64,000 nucleotides of DNA from Octopus vulgaris. Its lineage: Eukaryota. Below, in pieces: positions 1 through 11,426 of this stretch. The notes below the pieces were generated by a model. That model did no database searches, was not told where the DNA came from, and saw only the letters and a list, made by a program, of their open reading frames with translations. Each line of letters starts with the position of its first letter. Position 1 is the first letter of the stretch. The position numbers were made by a program, and so were the translations under genes. The DNA lies in assembly GCA_951406725.2 (NCBI GenBank), contig OX597815.1:146692001-146756000 (forward strand), written 5' to 3'.

Positions 1-1
1 T

Positions 2-138
2 CACAAATCATATATCACTACTAATTTTATTTAGTTTCATTTACAATCTCAATATCATTAGGAAATATTTTATATCTCTATTTATCTTTCAGATGAAAAG
101 AAATGGCATTTAAAGTTGAAGTATTAAACATATATGGA
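2..138 (-). pseudogene. Possible TOP-loop-like exon remnant of a second polycystin module
   Basis: Reads HPYMFNTSTLNAISFHLKDK*RYKIFPNDIEIVNETK; weak similarity only; boundary lost in adjacent triplet repeats. Confidence 0.25.
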
Positions 139-243
139 TGTTATTATTGTTGTCATCACTACCACCACCACCACCACCACTACTACTACCAACACCAACA
201 CTACCACTACCACCACCACCACCACCACCACTACCACCACCAT

Positions 244-294
<51 letters not shown>

Positions 295-295
295 C
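139..295. repeat. Compound trinucleotide microsatellite (TTA/CAC/TAC/CAT/CAG)
   Basis: Direct reading; explains the poly-H/Q/T/P ORFs at 103-424. Confidence 0.97.
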
Positions 296-382
296 ATTTG
301 TACCATTATTGTCATCTTCGGCGCCATCATTGTAGCTGTCGTCGACATCGTCGTTGCGATCGTCACAGCTGCCTTCGTCATA

Positions 383-518
383 GTTCTGTGTTGAAATTCC
401 GCCGAGGTCGACTTTGCCTTTCATCCATTTTGAGATCGATAAATTTAGTACCAGTTGCGTACTGATGTCGATCTAATCCACCAAAATTTCAGGCCTTGTG
501 CCAGGTGTAGGAAAGATC
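383..518 (+). mobile_element. SINE family B fragment
   Basis: aaattccgccgaggtcgactttgcctttcatcc...gataaatttagtaccagttg, shared with about 10 other copies in the window. Confidence 0.8.
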
Positions 519-524
519 TTGAAT

Positions 525-962
525 ATTATTATTATTTGATGAAACTCTCAGCATATTTTGTTGGTTATGATGGAAAGTATTAGCTGCCTACGGCCAGCAA
601 ACTAAGGTGACACTTCTTTACTGATCATGCCTCAAAAAACCTGCAAAGAACTCTTCCACCTCCAAACAATGACGATGTTCGTAGTGTTTCATATTTACAT
701 TTGTAGCAATCTTTTTGAACCACGTTGGTAGTTAAGCGCTGATGCTTCCAAGGGAGCCAATCACTATTGGCATCACGTCCACTCTTTTCATTACCCAAAA
801 CCTGCGTATTTCCCACTTCGATTCATCATAGTTGTTCAACTCATCATAGTTGTTCACTTTTTCCTTCTTTCTCTTCGATCCTGTTGTCACTAGGACATGC
901 CATGTCAATTATCAGGCATGACTTTTTTTCTTTTCTGTTCACTACTATAATATCAATTTTCT
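525..962 (-). mobile_element. R4/Dong-like non-LTR retrotransposon 3' end (REL endonuclease, 3' UTR, short TAA tail)
   Basis: IDIIVVNRKEKKSCLIIDMACPSDNRIEEKE ... KWEIRRFWVMKRVDVMPIVIGSLGSIS ... LRTSSLFGGGRVLCRFFEA* (PD..D-type REL motifs, frameshifted); ends in aataataataat. Confidence 0.82.
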
Positions 963-993
963 TTTTATTTTTCTGTTCAAAACATTGTCGAAG

Positions 994-1150
994 GAGGTGA
1001 ACTGGCAGAATGGTTAGCACACCGAGCCAAATGCTTAGCGTTATTTCGTCCGAGTCGATAAAATAAGTACCAATTGAACACTGGATCGTTGTTTTCGACC
1101 TACCCCGCTTCCCCGAGATTACACGGTGTGTGCTAAAATTAGGAAACGTT
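994..1150 (+). mobile_element. SINE family B (tRNA-like head, internally deleted)
   Basis: ggtgaactggcagaatggttagcac...aaatgcttagcg...gtcgataaaataagtacc. Confidence 0.75.
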
Positions 1151-1565
1151 ATGTGTATGTGTTTGTGTGTGTGTATACATGGATGGGGATATAGTGGTGC
1201 GTTGATCCAGTAGAGGTAGTGCTTACTTTGTTGCACAGTATAGTATATATATTTATCTATATATATGTATAATATATATACGTGTGTATATGTATGTATG
1301 TATATATGTGTGATTTACATATATGGATATGAGTATATATGTGTGTGTATAATATATATGCGTTTATGTATAATAGCTATATGAGTATGTATAATAACAT
1401 TTATATGTCTGTGTGTGTGTGTATGTGTAATATACATATATATATGTATAGTATATGTATATATGTGTGTGTGTGTATGTGTGTATACAGTTCTATATAT
1501 AAGAATTATGTACATTATTTATATTATTTACATTTGACGGATATTTGTCCTCATCTTGTTTGTAG

Positions 1566-1610
1566 TTTACACGTTTCGGCTGATATACTCGCCAGCTTTC
1601 ATCAGGTGTC
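1566..1610 (-). ncRNA. Degenerate type I hammerhead ribozyme motif (Penelope-associated type)
   Basis: Minus strand gacac-CTGATGA-aa-gctg-gcgagtatat-cagc-c-GAAA-cgtg-ta; core and stem II present, stem I poorly paired. Confidence 0.55.
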
Positions 1611-1860
1611 TTGTGGAAAATTCGAACCTGGATTCTCATTCCTAAGGTATTTTCCGATGTTATTATTATCATTACTATCATTATTATTATTATTATTATT
1701 ATTTTTTTTTTTTTCTTCTTTCAAATTTTCTTCCATTTCTTGCCGAGTGTCTTCCCGACTCCTAGGGCAAAGAAACTCATAGTGTATATTGGTAGGCCAT
1801 TAAACCAAACTCAGTAGTTCGTTCATTTTTTTTTTTTTTTTTAAAGTTAAATTAAAATAC

Positions 1861-1914
1861 ATGAGCAGCAACAGTTCTCACATCGACAATGCTCTTCTCA
1901 ATACGTGTGATGTA

Positions 1915-1915
<1 letters not shown>
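1861..1915 (-). pseudogene. Polycystin exon remnant (start of TOP loop, second module)
   Basis: ITRIEKSIVDVRTVAAH followed by a GT donor; resembles the F..I.T..DFW motif; 5' side replaced by (TAA/CAA)n. Confidence 0.35.
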
Positions 1916-1999
<84 letters not shown>

Positions 2000-2104
2000 A
2001 TTATTATTATTATTATTATTGCTGTTGTTGTTGTTGTTACTATTATTATTATTATTATTATTGTTGTTGTTGTTGTTGTTGTTGTTGTCGTTGTTATTAT
2101 TATT
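1915..2104. repeat. (TTA)n/(TTG)n compound microsatellite
   Basis: Direct reading. Confidence 0.97.
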
Positions 2105-2172
2105 CAGGTCACTGCCTGTAATGGAACTCGGAATCCTGGGATTAGTAGCTCGCGCTCTTAACCACTACACCA
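2105..2172 (-). mobile_element. Short tRNA-derived retroposon head joined to a (TAA)n tail
   Basis: Minus strand tggtgtagtggttaagagcgcgagctactaatcccaggattccgagttccatt with A-box and degenerate B-box; no intact cloverleaf. Confidence 0.6.
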
Positions 2173-2189
2173 TATATCATCATCATACT

Positions 2190-2385
2190 TATCATCATCA
2201 TATTTATCATCTTCATTTATCGTCCGTTTTCCATGTTGGTGTTGGGTACACGATTTGAAAGGAGCTGGTAAACCAGGGAGCTGCAGAAGACTTCAGTCAT
2301 CGATTACGTCCTGGCTTTTGCGGGTGGATGCTCTTCCTAACGCCAAACACTTCACAGAATGTATTGGGCGACATTTATATATAAC
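2190..2385 (-). mobile_element. RTE-type LINE/SINE 3' tail fragment
   Basis: (CAT)n tail then tttatcgtccgttttccatgttgg...ggatgctcttcctaacgcc, resembling RTE-type 3' ends. Confidence 0.55.
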
Positions 2386-2398
2386 TGAGTAAAAATAC

Positions 2399-3043
2399 CG
2401 ATTGTGGGCACCTGTCTCACTCTCTCATTTTGGATATATGTACCCAATGAATAAAAACATGAGCATCCTAGTTCGGATCCACCAGAACATACGAGAAGCA
2501 GGTTATGTTCCTGTGATTTTTTTCCACGATATCCCTCTCAGTTCCTATTAAGTGGGCTAAATTTCAGTTAAACTGTTGAAATGTGAAAGTAACGGTTTAA
2601 AAAATACCCTCAATTAAAATTTTTATGAATAAAATTAACCGAGTGAAATCATAAATCCAGCTATCTGAGTCAATGTGTCACAAAAATATGTAAGATTAAA
2701 AATATGTAAACTACTAACATACAGAAGCTCAGAAAAATATATAGCATACTAAGATACAGAAAAATTAAAACAAAACACGCAGGTGAAAAGAATCTCGTGG
2801 TGTGAAGAATCAAATGTGAAAAATCAACATAGACAACAACGGCACAGACAACAGTTGTCATGGTAAGAAGCTGCTGATGCCACGCTGTATTCTCATTGGC
2901 TAAAATTTCCCAAATTTAATTCCAAATAACATGAGATTCTTTAATTTATGAGATAAAGTAATTGGTTGATCGTAATCAAAATTCAGAGTTGCATCGATAC
3001 ACCAAAATTGAAAGCGATCTGAGCAAAATTGAGGGTGGCTCAT
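2399..3043 (-). pseudogene. Polycystin exon remnant: second TM2-like and TM4/TM5-like segments
   Basis: Acceptor ttgcaag; KESHVIWN*IWEILANENTAWHQQLLTMTTVVCAVVVY...FFSPACFVLIFLYLSMLYIFLSF; shifted frame DSDSWIYDFTRLILFIKILIEGIFKPLL (compare W...S...EPLK). Confidence 0.5.
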
Positions 3044-3114
3044 CTTGCAAATGAGAAAGACTAGATCCCGGATTTGTACCAAAATTTGAGAGAGTAATTA
3101 TTATTGTAAAAGAG

Positions 3115-3470
3115 TTCGCATTTACGTTCTGAGATGAAACTGCGCCAAGGTCGACTTTACTTTCCATTCTTTAGGTGTCGATGAAGTAAATATCAGTTGA
3201 TCACTGGAGTCGATGTAATCAGCTAGCCCCAGGCCTGAAACTACTGTATTTGTGCCAAAATTTATAATTATTACTGGCAGAATCGTCGGGAAAACAATAC
3301 TCTGCCTTTCGATGTTCTGAGTTCAATTTTCGCCAAGATCGATTTGTATTTCATCCCTCTAAGTTCCTTAAAATAAAGTAACAGCCAGGTATTGAGGGTA
3401 AGGTAATCGTCTTAAACCCACCTTCAAAATGAGGGAACTTGTGTCTAAAATAGAAGATAATATTATTATT
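3115..3470 (+). mobile_element. Two tandem partial SINE family B copies
   Basis: Two successive copies of gttctgag...cgccaag(g/a)tcga...agt..cag...gtg(c/t)c.aaa. Confidence 0.75.
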
Positions 3471-3788
3471 CTTTATCTTCTACTTTTAGTTGATGTTCTA
3501 ACATTTTTCTTGTATTTTTTCTTTCATTCACTACACTCATTTGTTTAACTCATCATTCTCCTCTCCACCTTTCATCATTCAAAGCCGATAAAATATAGTA
3601 GCAATCAGGTATTTCAGTTTATTGTATCAACTAATGTCCGACCTTGAAGTTTCATGTATTTTACCTATAATCGACACAGCTATACTAACATACATCACCC
3701 CATTTATTTCATTATATATGTTAGATATTCTGTTAATTTATTCCTATTTTGAAATTACCAGGTTAAATCCAAAATTTTCATACTTTAC

Positions 3789-3895
3789 CTGAAGGCTAAA
3801 TAGCTTCAGCACTTTCTCAATACAAGTAATCAATTAACCCCATTACAGTTATACAAAAGTTTACGTTATTCACAACAAAGAAAACATAAAGTTGC
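3789..3895 (-). pseudogene. Polycystin channel S6-like exon remnant
   Basis: AG acceptor and cag|GTAAAG donor; QLYVFFVVNNVNFCITVMGLIDYLY*E. Confidence 0.4.
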
Positions 3896-3932
3896 CTACC
3901 ATATGTGTATGTACACACACACACACACACGT

Positions 3933-4010
<78 letters not shown>

Positions 4011-4031
4011 GTATATTAATATTTTATGTAC

Positions 4032-4140
4032 CCGAATTACTGCAAGTCCGCTAAAGGCGAAATACAATATGAGTAATACATTTTCAGAAACGAGAAAATT
4101 CACCGTTAACTTTTAAATCTTTGCATCTTCTCCATCCAAA
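4032..4140 (-). pseudogene. Polycystin channel S4-like exon remnant
   Basis: LTVNFLVSENVLLILYFAFSGLAVIR|gt (compare FVNF..........L.A..VF....IK); frameshift and damaged acceptor. Confidence 0.5.
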
Positions 4141-4399
4141 CATGTATATATACGTGTGCGCGTGTGTGCGTATAACAGAGCTGCAGCTATATTAGTATAC
4201 GCCTACACTCACACACACACACACACACAGGCACATGCGCACACACACGCACACGCATACACACACGCACGCACGCACACGCACATGCAGGCACACACGC
4301 ATATATCTATATGTATATATAACTATATTTCTATGCATTTATCACTCTTTCCAAAAAGCATTTCTATTTATATGTGTATGTATGTGTGTATATATGTAT

Positions 4400-4470
<71 letters not shown>

Positions 4471-4500
4471 TCATGTATGTGAAAGTAAGCGAATTCATAC

Positions 4501-4678
4501 AAGATATATAATCGTTAGTTTTTTTCTCTGTCAGCCTAAAACAGAAATGCATTATCACCAATGTTATTGTTATACTTTCATTCAACATAATTGTCAATAA
4601 ATTTCGATATTTTGATGTATATTTGGACTTCGCCTTTCTATATATAATGACTGATAAATTGTACATTAAAAATATTGC
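4501..4678 (-). pseudogene. Polycystin channel S2-S3 exon (open frame, 178 nt)
   Basis: Strong acceptor ttttctttttctacctacAG and GTATGA donor; AIFLMYNLSVIIYRKAKSKYTSKYRNLLTIMLNESITITLVIMHFCFRLTEKKTNDYIS resembles the PKD channel Y..S.WN.LD segment. Confidence 0.6.
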
Positions 4679-5584
4679 CTGTAGGTAGAAAAAGAAAATA
4701 GAAATGCTGTGTTACAATGTATCTCTATTATACAGTTACGCACACGTACACACAAGGAGGCATACACACATATATCTACAGAAAGCTGTACAAATAAAAC
4801 TGATATATATATATATATATACACACAAAGGTAATCTTGGTCTCCAGCTTAACGTAGATGTTGTGTTAGAACAGAGAATACTGTGTTATTTATCTTAAGA
4901 CGATCTCTGAGAATGACTTGTAGTACATAAATGCCGTCGAAATCTTATCGTTGATAGAAGAGAACACTCTTTCATAGTCGCTTCCGGATCTGCTATATCA
5001 CGTGATTTCACTCTACTTTGGCTCCCGCAAAGTAAGATGTCTAGCAACATAGAGTCAACTAAATCTCCCGTCAATGATATACAAAATCTCAGTGACTATT
5101 TAGTGTCGCAAAGAACGAAAAGGTAACCATGATCTCCAAATTAACGTGGAGGTTATTATAAAACAAAGAATACAGCGTAATTTCTCTTCTGAGTTTCCCT
5201 CATGAGAATTGGAGGTGTATAACAGCACTCGTAATTATATCGTTGTTATAGGCAGATCGTCTGCAGTTCAGGTGATTCCCCACTATCATGGGTTTCGCAG
5301 TGATCCATCCGTCCATCCATCCATCCATCCATCTACACACACATATACATAAATACATATCTATACCAACATATCATTCGTACGTATATAAATGTATGTT
5401 GATATGTATGCGCGCCCGGTTTTTGTACTTAAGTGTGTACGTATGCATATATAAACTTACCCCTATGTCTCAATCTTTGGTCGCAGTCAGTCAAATGAGT
5501 GAAACAAGTAGCAAAATAACAGGATATGTATGTATATATATATAGATAGATAGATACACCCACATATATGCACAGACACACGCA

Positions 5585-5629
<45 letters not shown>

Positions 5630-5633
<4 letters not shown>

Positions 5634-5807
5634 GTTTTTTCGGAAATATATTTATCTTTAGATAAGTGCAAATACTTTCTTTTCTTATATCCAATACGGT
5701 GATATTCTCATAGCTAGCGGGATTGATATCAGACTAAATGAGATGCAGTCAGGGAGATTTGATCCCAATATTGTCTTGTGACTTACAGTGAAGTTTGCCT
5801 ATGTCCT
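5630..5807 (-). pseudogene. Polycystin TOP-domain exon remnant
   Basis: Acceptor tatttttcAG; LHCKSQDNIGIKSP*...SYENITVLDIRKESI, then shifted LHLSKDKYISEKTY (compare L..L....WID..TRA). Confidence 0.5.
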
Positions 5808-6324
5808 CTGAAAAATACTTGAAAAATACCTTGCGCTACTTATTTCCATGTATGTGCAAGTTTGCTTAAAACATGTGTACATTAATTTCATACATTAGCA
5901 CACACAACCAATACATATCATACCCATACACACACGCCAACGTGTGCATGCGAACACGCACACACATACACACATAAACAAAATCACATACTCGAATCTA
6001 CGCACGATATTTAATATTTTACTTAACGCAATCGTGCAATGCATTATCACGGTTGTCATGCTTGCACCTTATGTTAAATACAATTTTCAATATATTTTAA
6101 CGTTTTAAAATTTGGATTTTACTTTACAGTGTATATAATGGGTTGCAATTTTTACATTTAAAATATATCTGCAGGCTAATACGTGCGTGTTTGTGTATTT
6201 GTAGTTTTTGTGTAAACTTATAATTTTTGTATATATGCCCGTATACATACTCAAGTATGTATAAATATATATAAGTTTACATATATATATATACACATAA
6301 GCACGCATTTATACGCATACACAC

Positions 6325-6413
6325 ACAATCCAGCACGCTATCCTCTATGACGCCAGTTTGAAGTCTTAAATGGTATTTTTTCATGAATATACTTCTGTTA
6401 ACTACTCACTTTT
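6325..6413 (-). pseudogene. Polycystin TOP-domain exon remnant (RLRQ.RV-like)
   Basis: Acceptor aattacAG; NRSIFMKKYHLRLQTGVIEDS. Confidence 0.4.
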
Positions 6414-6464
6414 CTGTAATTGCATACCTACTTTGGCGTGTATACGTAAACATGCATACATGCA

Positions 6465-6502
<38 letters not shown>

Positions 6503-6509
6503 TAGATAA

Positions 6510-7668
6510 GTTTCTTTATTGGCCACACAGGGCTGCACACAGATGGGACAAGTTACAAGGTAGAGCTTTTCTTTTGGAGGATGAAAAAAACAAAACAAAA
6601 AACAAAAGAATAAAAAAAAGGTGGCATAGGTTTTCGATCAAAAGGGATCGTAAAAGGGAAAAAAGAACAAAAAAAAAGGAAAAGAAAAAAGAAAAAAGGG
6701 AAAAGGAACAAGGGAAAAGAAAAATGAAAAAAGAAGAAAAAAGGGGAAGAGGAAAAGAAAACGATAAAAAAGGATCGTGTATCACAGTGTCATGATGTAT
6801 GGTGTAAAGGGAAAGGCAAGGACGGTTTATCCGTGGAAAGAAAAGCCTACGAAAAAGACCACGGTAACCTTGGTCAATATTGTTATATGTTACCACATTT
6901 TTTTGCAAGTGGGTAACCCTCTGTTTTCAATTTCTGGGTTCATAGGATTATGCTCAAGGTGGCTTCGTCATTCATACGTGCCATACTTGCTACGTTCACC
7001 TATCTTTTTTTAAAACGTTCGCTAGACAAAACTTGCCTCTCTACTCTCACTTTCCTTTTCAAGTGGTACTTGAAGGAGTTGATGAGAGGTTGACCAGAGA
7101 GGAAAGCGTTTGTCTCCAATCCTTTCAGACGCGTCCACCAGACACATTCTTTCGCCATAGCCACAAGGATGATGAAAATAGCTCTTCCTTTCCGTTTGAA
7201 GGAAGGAGGCGTGACAATATTGACGATAGACTCAGCTGATAAACCGAATCGTCCCACACGTGGCAGCAGTTGTTCAACATAAACCCACAGGTCGGAAATT
7301 GTTGGACACTGCACGAGTGCGTGCAGAACGGTTTCGTCGCTCTGACCGCATCTCGCGCAGGTCGGCCCCGTGTTTCTCGAGCCGTGTCTGTAGAGCTTAT
7401 CCGAACGGGTAGCGCTTCTCGGTAACACTGCCAGGCGAGGGATCTCTGGAAGTTGTCCATGGGCCCTGGCCCGAAAGTCGTCCCAAACAGGCGGGTCAGG
7501 TATTCCTCGCCGACGTCCAGGTTCGCCCCGAGCTCGTCGTCGTATCTCCCCTTCACTAATCCCCTATAGAATGCTTTGGTTGTGATGGAGTCACTCAAGG
7601 TTGACCCAGGACGGCAGAGTTGCTTTAGAGCAACGCGGCACTCGCGGTGCCATTCGCCCTTCCTCGGC
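6510..7668 (-). mobile_element. 5'-truncated L1/Tx1-clade LINE (zf-RVT CCHC region and 3' UTR)
   Basis: FQRSLAWQCYREALPVR / KLYRHGSRNTGPTCARCGQSDETVLHALVQC; AATAAA near the 3' end; sits within (TA)/(TAGA) repeats; GC-rich relative to flanks. Confidence 0.88.
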
Positions 7669-7706
7669 GAGTCTATCTATATCTATATATATATATATAT
7701 ATATAT

Positions 7707-7757
<51 letters not shown>

Positions 7758-7809
7758 CATAGATAGATAGACATGTATATACATATGTATGTATTTATAT
7801 AATTATTAT

Positions 7810-8515
7810 TATTTGGGCTTTCCTTTTCTTCCACTTACTGTCTCTCTCTCTCTCATTCTCATTCTTCATCCTTTTCTTTTTCTCTACCACCATTCCCCTT
7901 CTTTTCTCTCTTCTTTTCTCTCCCCTTCTCTTACTCCTCCTCCTCCCTCCCGTCGCGGTCACATGATGAGACAGCTATTTTTGTCTTTTCTTTCTTGGTC
8001 TCCGTCAAGTAGAGACGTTAATCTGTTCTCTCTCGCGTCTCAAACAATAGCGTTCGTAAACATTTTTTATCTCGTTTGGCTTAACAGCCCTTCTTGTTTG
8101 TGTTACTGTTATTCTCCGTGTCCTGACTTTTACTGTTTGTATTTTGTACTGTCGTTACTATCCTGTTTTTGTTACCATTTTTACCCCTCTGCAAAAAATC
8201 TCAAATTTTATTTAATTTGATTTTCGCGGGAAGGAAAATTTCATTGAATATGTGACCTTCGAAACGTGGAGTAGATGAAATTAAGGCGACTGAAGAAGGG
8301 GAATTTTCCTTGGTTTGTATGTCCTGTACTCTATTTTTTCATTGTTTTTAAAAAAATGTCCATTTCCTTGGTTTTGTGTTTATGTTTTCGTTTCTCATTG
8401 TGCTCGACGTTTTTTTGGTGTCCTGTACCCATATAAGCATGTATATATACATTTAGAAATAGGTACGTACATATATGTATGTATATATGCATATATTTCA
8501 TTTATTTATTAATTA
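7810..8515 (+). mobile_element. Pyrimidine-rich Penelope-LTR-like non-autonomous repeat
   Basis: T/C-rich body with degenerate hammerhead halves (ccttcgaaacgtgg; ctgaagaagg), ending in (TA)n. Confidence 0.45.
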
Positions 8516-8528
8516 TATATATGTATGA

Positions 8529-8569
<41 letters not shown>

Positions 8570-8775
8570 AATGGCTGGCATATATGTTTATATAAATCCC
8601 CGGCTGATTGATTCCCATGGTATTTCTAAGCGTCGCACTTATTGTATCGGTCGCTTTTGGTGGACAGCTAAATTACGGGGACATGACCAGATCAACATCT
8701 ATTCTCAATCGGTGGTGGGGGACAACCACACACACATACAAATAAACGAGTTTTACAGATTATATATGTGCTTAC

Positions 8776-8909
8776 TGCACACAATATACTGTTCTGATCC
8801 TCGCAGGGGGATAGTTTAAACAGGTTATGTTTTACAGATCAGGAAATTTATAGAAGCTCCTGGTCTTTATACTACTTTAATCCGTAGATTCCTTTCACCT
8901 AAGGATTTT
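8776..8909 (-). pseudogene. Candidate exon between TM5 and TOP
   Basis: tcattttAG acceptor and GTAAGC donor; one frame has a single stop; no diagnostic motif. Confidence 0.3.
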
Positions 8910-9046
8910 CTAAAATGATAAGTTAGTTTGCCACCAAGGGTAGCATTGGAGAACATGACGCAGATGTATTTTTGGTCATATCATTGGTGGACCTTACCTA
9001 TCCGTCTCTTTTTTTTTGCTATGCTTCCTTATTCTTTACCCCATGC

Positions 9047-9119
<73 letters not shown>

Positions 9120-9122
<3 letters not shown>

Positions 9123-9320
9123 ATATTAAGTAGAGAAAATATTAGTCAATATCAATGTTATTGTTTCATAAAACAAAAGTGAAAATCGATAATATGAAAA
9201 TCTAGATATACAGTTACATACTTGTATCTGTTTATATGAATGTATCTATACGCAATAATATTGAAATCATATTATTAAAACACAGCAACAATTTATATGC
9301 GCATTATCTATATCAGACAG
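9120..9320 (-). pseudogene. Polycystin TM4/TM5 exon remnant
   Basis: ISRFSYYRFSLLFYETITLILTNIFST (compare SF..S....EP.KV.L..F). Confidence 0.4.
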
Positions 9321-9339
9321 TCATGAAAATATTCCCTAT

Positions 9340-9885
9340 TTCTAAATCTGAATCTTCTAATATCTAAACTAGCTTGGACTTCTCTGTGACCCTCGCTTCA
9401 TGACAATTTGAACTTCTATCATTTATAGATAGTATTCTATGAACTATAAATAGCAAAGCGCCATCCCTTATACAAAGACACTTCATCGGATGTAGCACAA
9501 ATTTTAGCACATTCAAATCATGATGGTCTGAATATGAAATATCTGATACGTAAAATTTACTTTACCCTCTTACCTACATGACTCTCCGAAAGGAAAGAAT
9601 AACAAACATCTTTATGGAATCAGAAAAGAGGTTCTTCCAATAGATCTTCTAAACTCATTTAACCTACAAGCGTATTCATTTCCACAGACCTTCTTCCCCT
9701 TTCCTACAAAATCATTATCCTGGTTTGTTTATATCACGCCTAATATCCAAATACATTAATCCACATATCGATGAAACACCTTAATACTATCTACATAAAG
9801 TGTGAAATATCATAGTAAACCAAAGTCTGACGAGGGCTATTATGCCGAAATTGTGAATTCACTCTTGACCTGTTTTTTTCTAATC
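9340..9885 (+). mobile_element. Decayed Penelope-like 3' fragment ending in a hammerhead motif
   Basis: GIY-YIG-like remnants (gtattctatgaac...cacttcatcggatgtagc...ttcaaatcatgatgg) followed by CTGACGA...GAAA. Confidence 0.45.
9821..9867 (+). ncRNA. Minimal type I hammerhead ribozyme motif
   Basis: caaagt-CTGACGA-g-ggc-tattat-gcc-GAAA-ttgtgaat-TC-actcttg; stem I caa/agt pairs act/ttg with one bulge; stem III weak. Confidence 0.6.
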
Positions 9886-10080
9886 ACATACATATACACG
9901 CACACACTTACACACACACACACATATACAGACCCAAGCACACACATACGCACTCACACACACAAGCACAAACACAGAAACATATATAAAAAAGCAGACA
10001 TATATGTACACTATTGACTGTGCATTGATAGACATTTCACTTTAATATTAAACTATTTTTATATATCAATTTAGCTAAAG

Positions 10081-10128
<48 letters not shown>

Positions 10129-10242
10129 AAGAATTATATATATATATGTATGTGTGGGTGTTTGGGCGGTGCAAATATATATATATATATGTTACGTGTT
10201 ACATATGGTTGGTTGTATATGAGAATGTGCATATATGATTAC

Positions 10243-10458
10243 ATTCGTAAATGAATATTCATATAGAAACCTATAGCGAAGTGCAGCAATGAAAGGTTTC
10301 AATAGAGTTAACAAATTAAACTTATATGAATATGAAACTTATAAATAAATATATATTTTGGGTGTATTGCAAGTAATGACAGTCAATATTAAATCAAAAC
10401 GCAGACGAAGAATTGCTCTGCTATCTGGCTTCGGTTTCCTATCTTTCAAAAATACATC
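10243..10458 (-). pseudogene. Polycystin TM2/TM3 exon remnant
   Basis: RKPKPDSRAILRLRFDLILTVITCNT (compare RPPRSRFTRVQR) and LLHFAIGFYMNIHLR; AG/GT bounded. Confidence 0.55.
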
Positions 10459-10607
10459 CTAGCATATGTGCTTAAGTGTGTATACATACACGCGCACACA
10501 CACAGACACACCTACACTTAGTGTCAATTTGTGCATTATGAATCACACACACACACACTCACACACACAAACACATATATACGCGCATACACCAAGCAGA
10601 CCAAAAA

Positions 10608-10900
<293 letters not shown>

Positions 10901-11426
10901 ATGTGTTTATGGGTGAGTATTTTTGTGTTTTTCTTTTTGTATTGGGCTGTCTTTCATTTGAATAGCGTAATAATAAATACGACTGTTCACAGAATATACA
11001 GAGTACATCAGTTTTGGTGAAGCAATTCGGTGTCTATTGATTGTAATGTTTGGCGACGCTTTTATGTTCGTGGTCTGCTGAATGCTGAATGCTCTTTCAT
11101 TTCCTCTCTATCCGTAACTTCTCTCTCTTTCCGTTTTTCTCTCTCTACCCTTTTCTGTATCTATCAATTTCTCCCTGTTAATTGGTTACTCTTTCAAATT
11201 TCACTCTTTCTCTGATCATATTTTCCTATTGTTGTTTCCCCATTGTTGTTTAGTAGTTCTCGATCAGATACATTATATGACTTTAAATTTTATATTTCTA
11301 TGCATTCTAAATTTTACAATTTATTTGTGCTCTCAATGTATTCCAATTCGGTGTATTATTGCAGATTTGAATTCATAATTTTTTAAATACTTTTCCCATA
11401 AAATTATGCATTACGGGTTTATTAAC

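Noticed and set aside
103-424. Poly-His/Gln, poly-Ala/Asp/Gly and proline-rich ORFs resembling transcription-factor tracts
   Set aside because: All frames are open only because of triplet microsatellites, which run into a SINE; there is no domain. The same applies to the YI/CV/TH, poly-I/L/Y and poly-R/E ORFs throughout.
5461-5520. Minus-strand GTAAGT donor with a short open frame
   Set aside because: Sequence matches the SINE A tail (tacttgtttca.tcatttgactg), not an exon.
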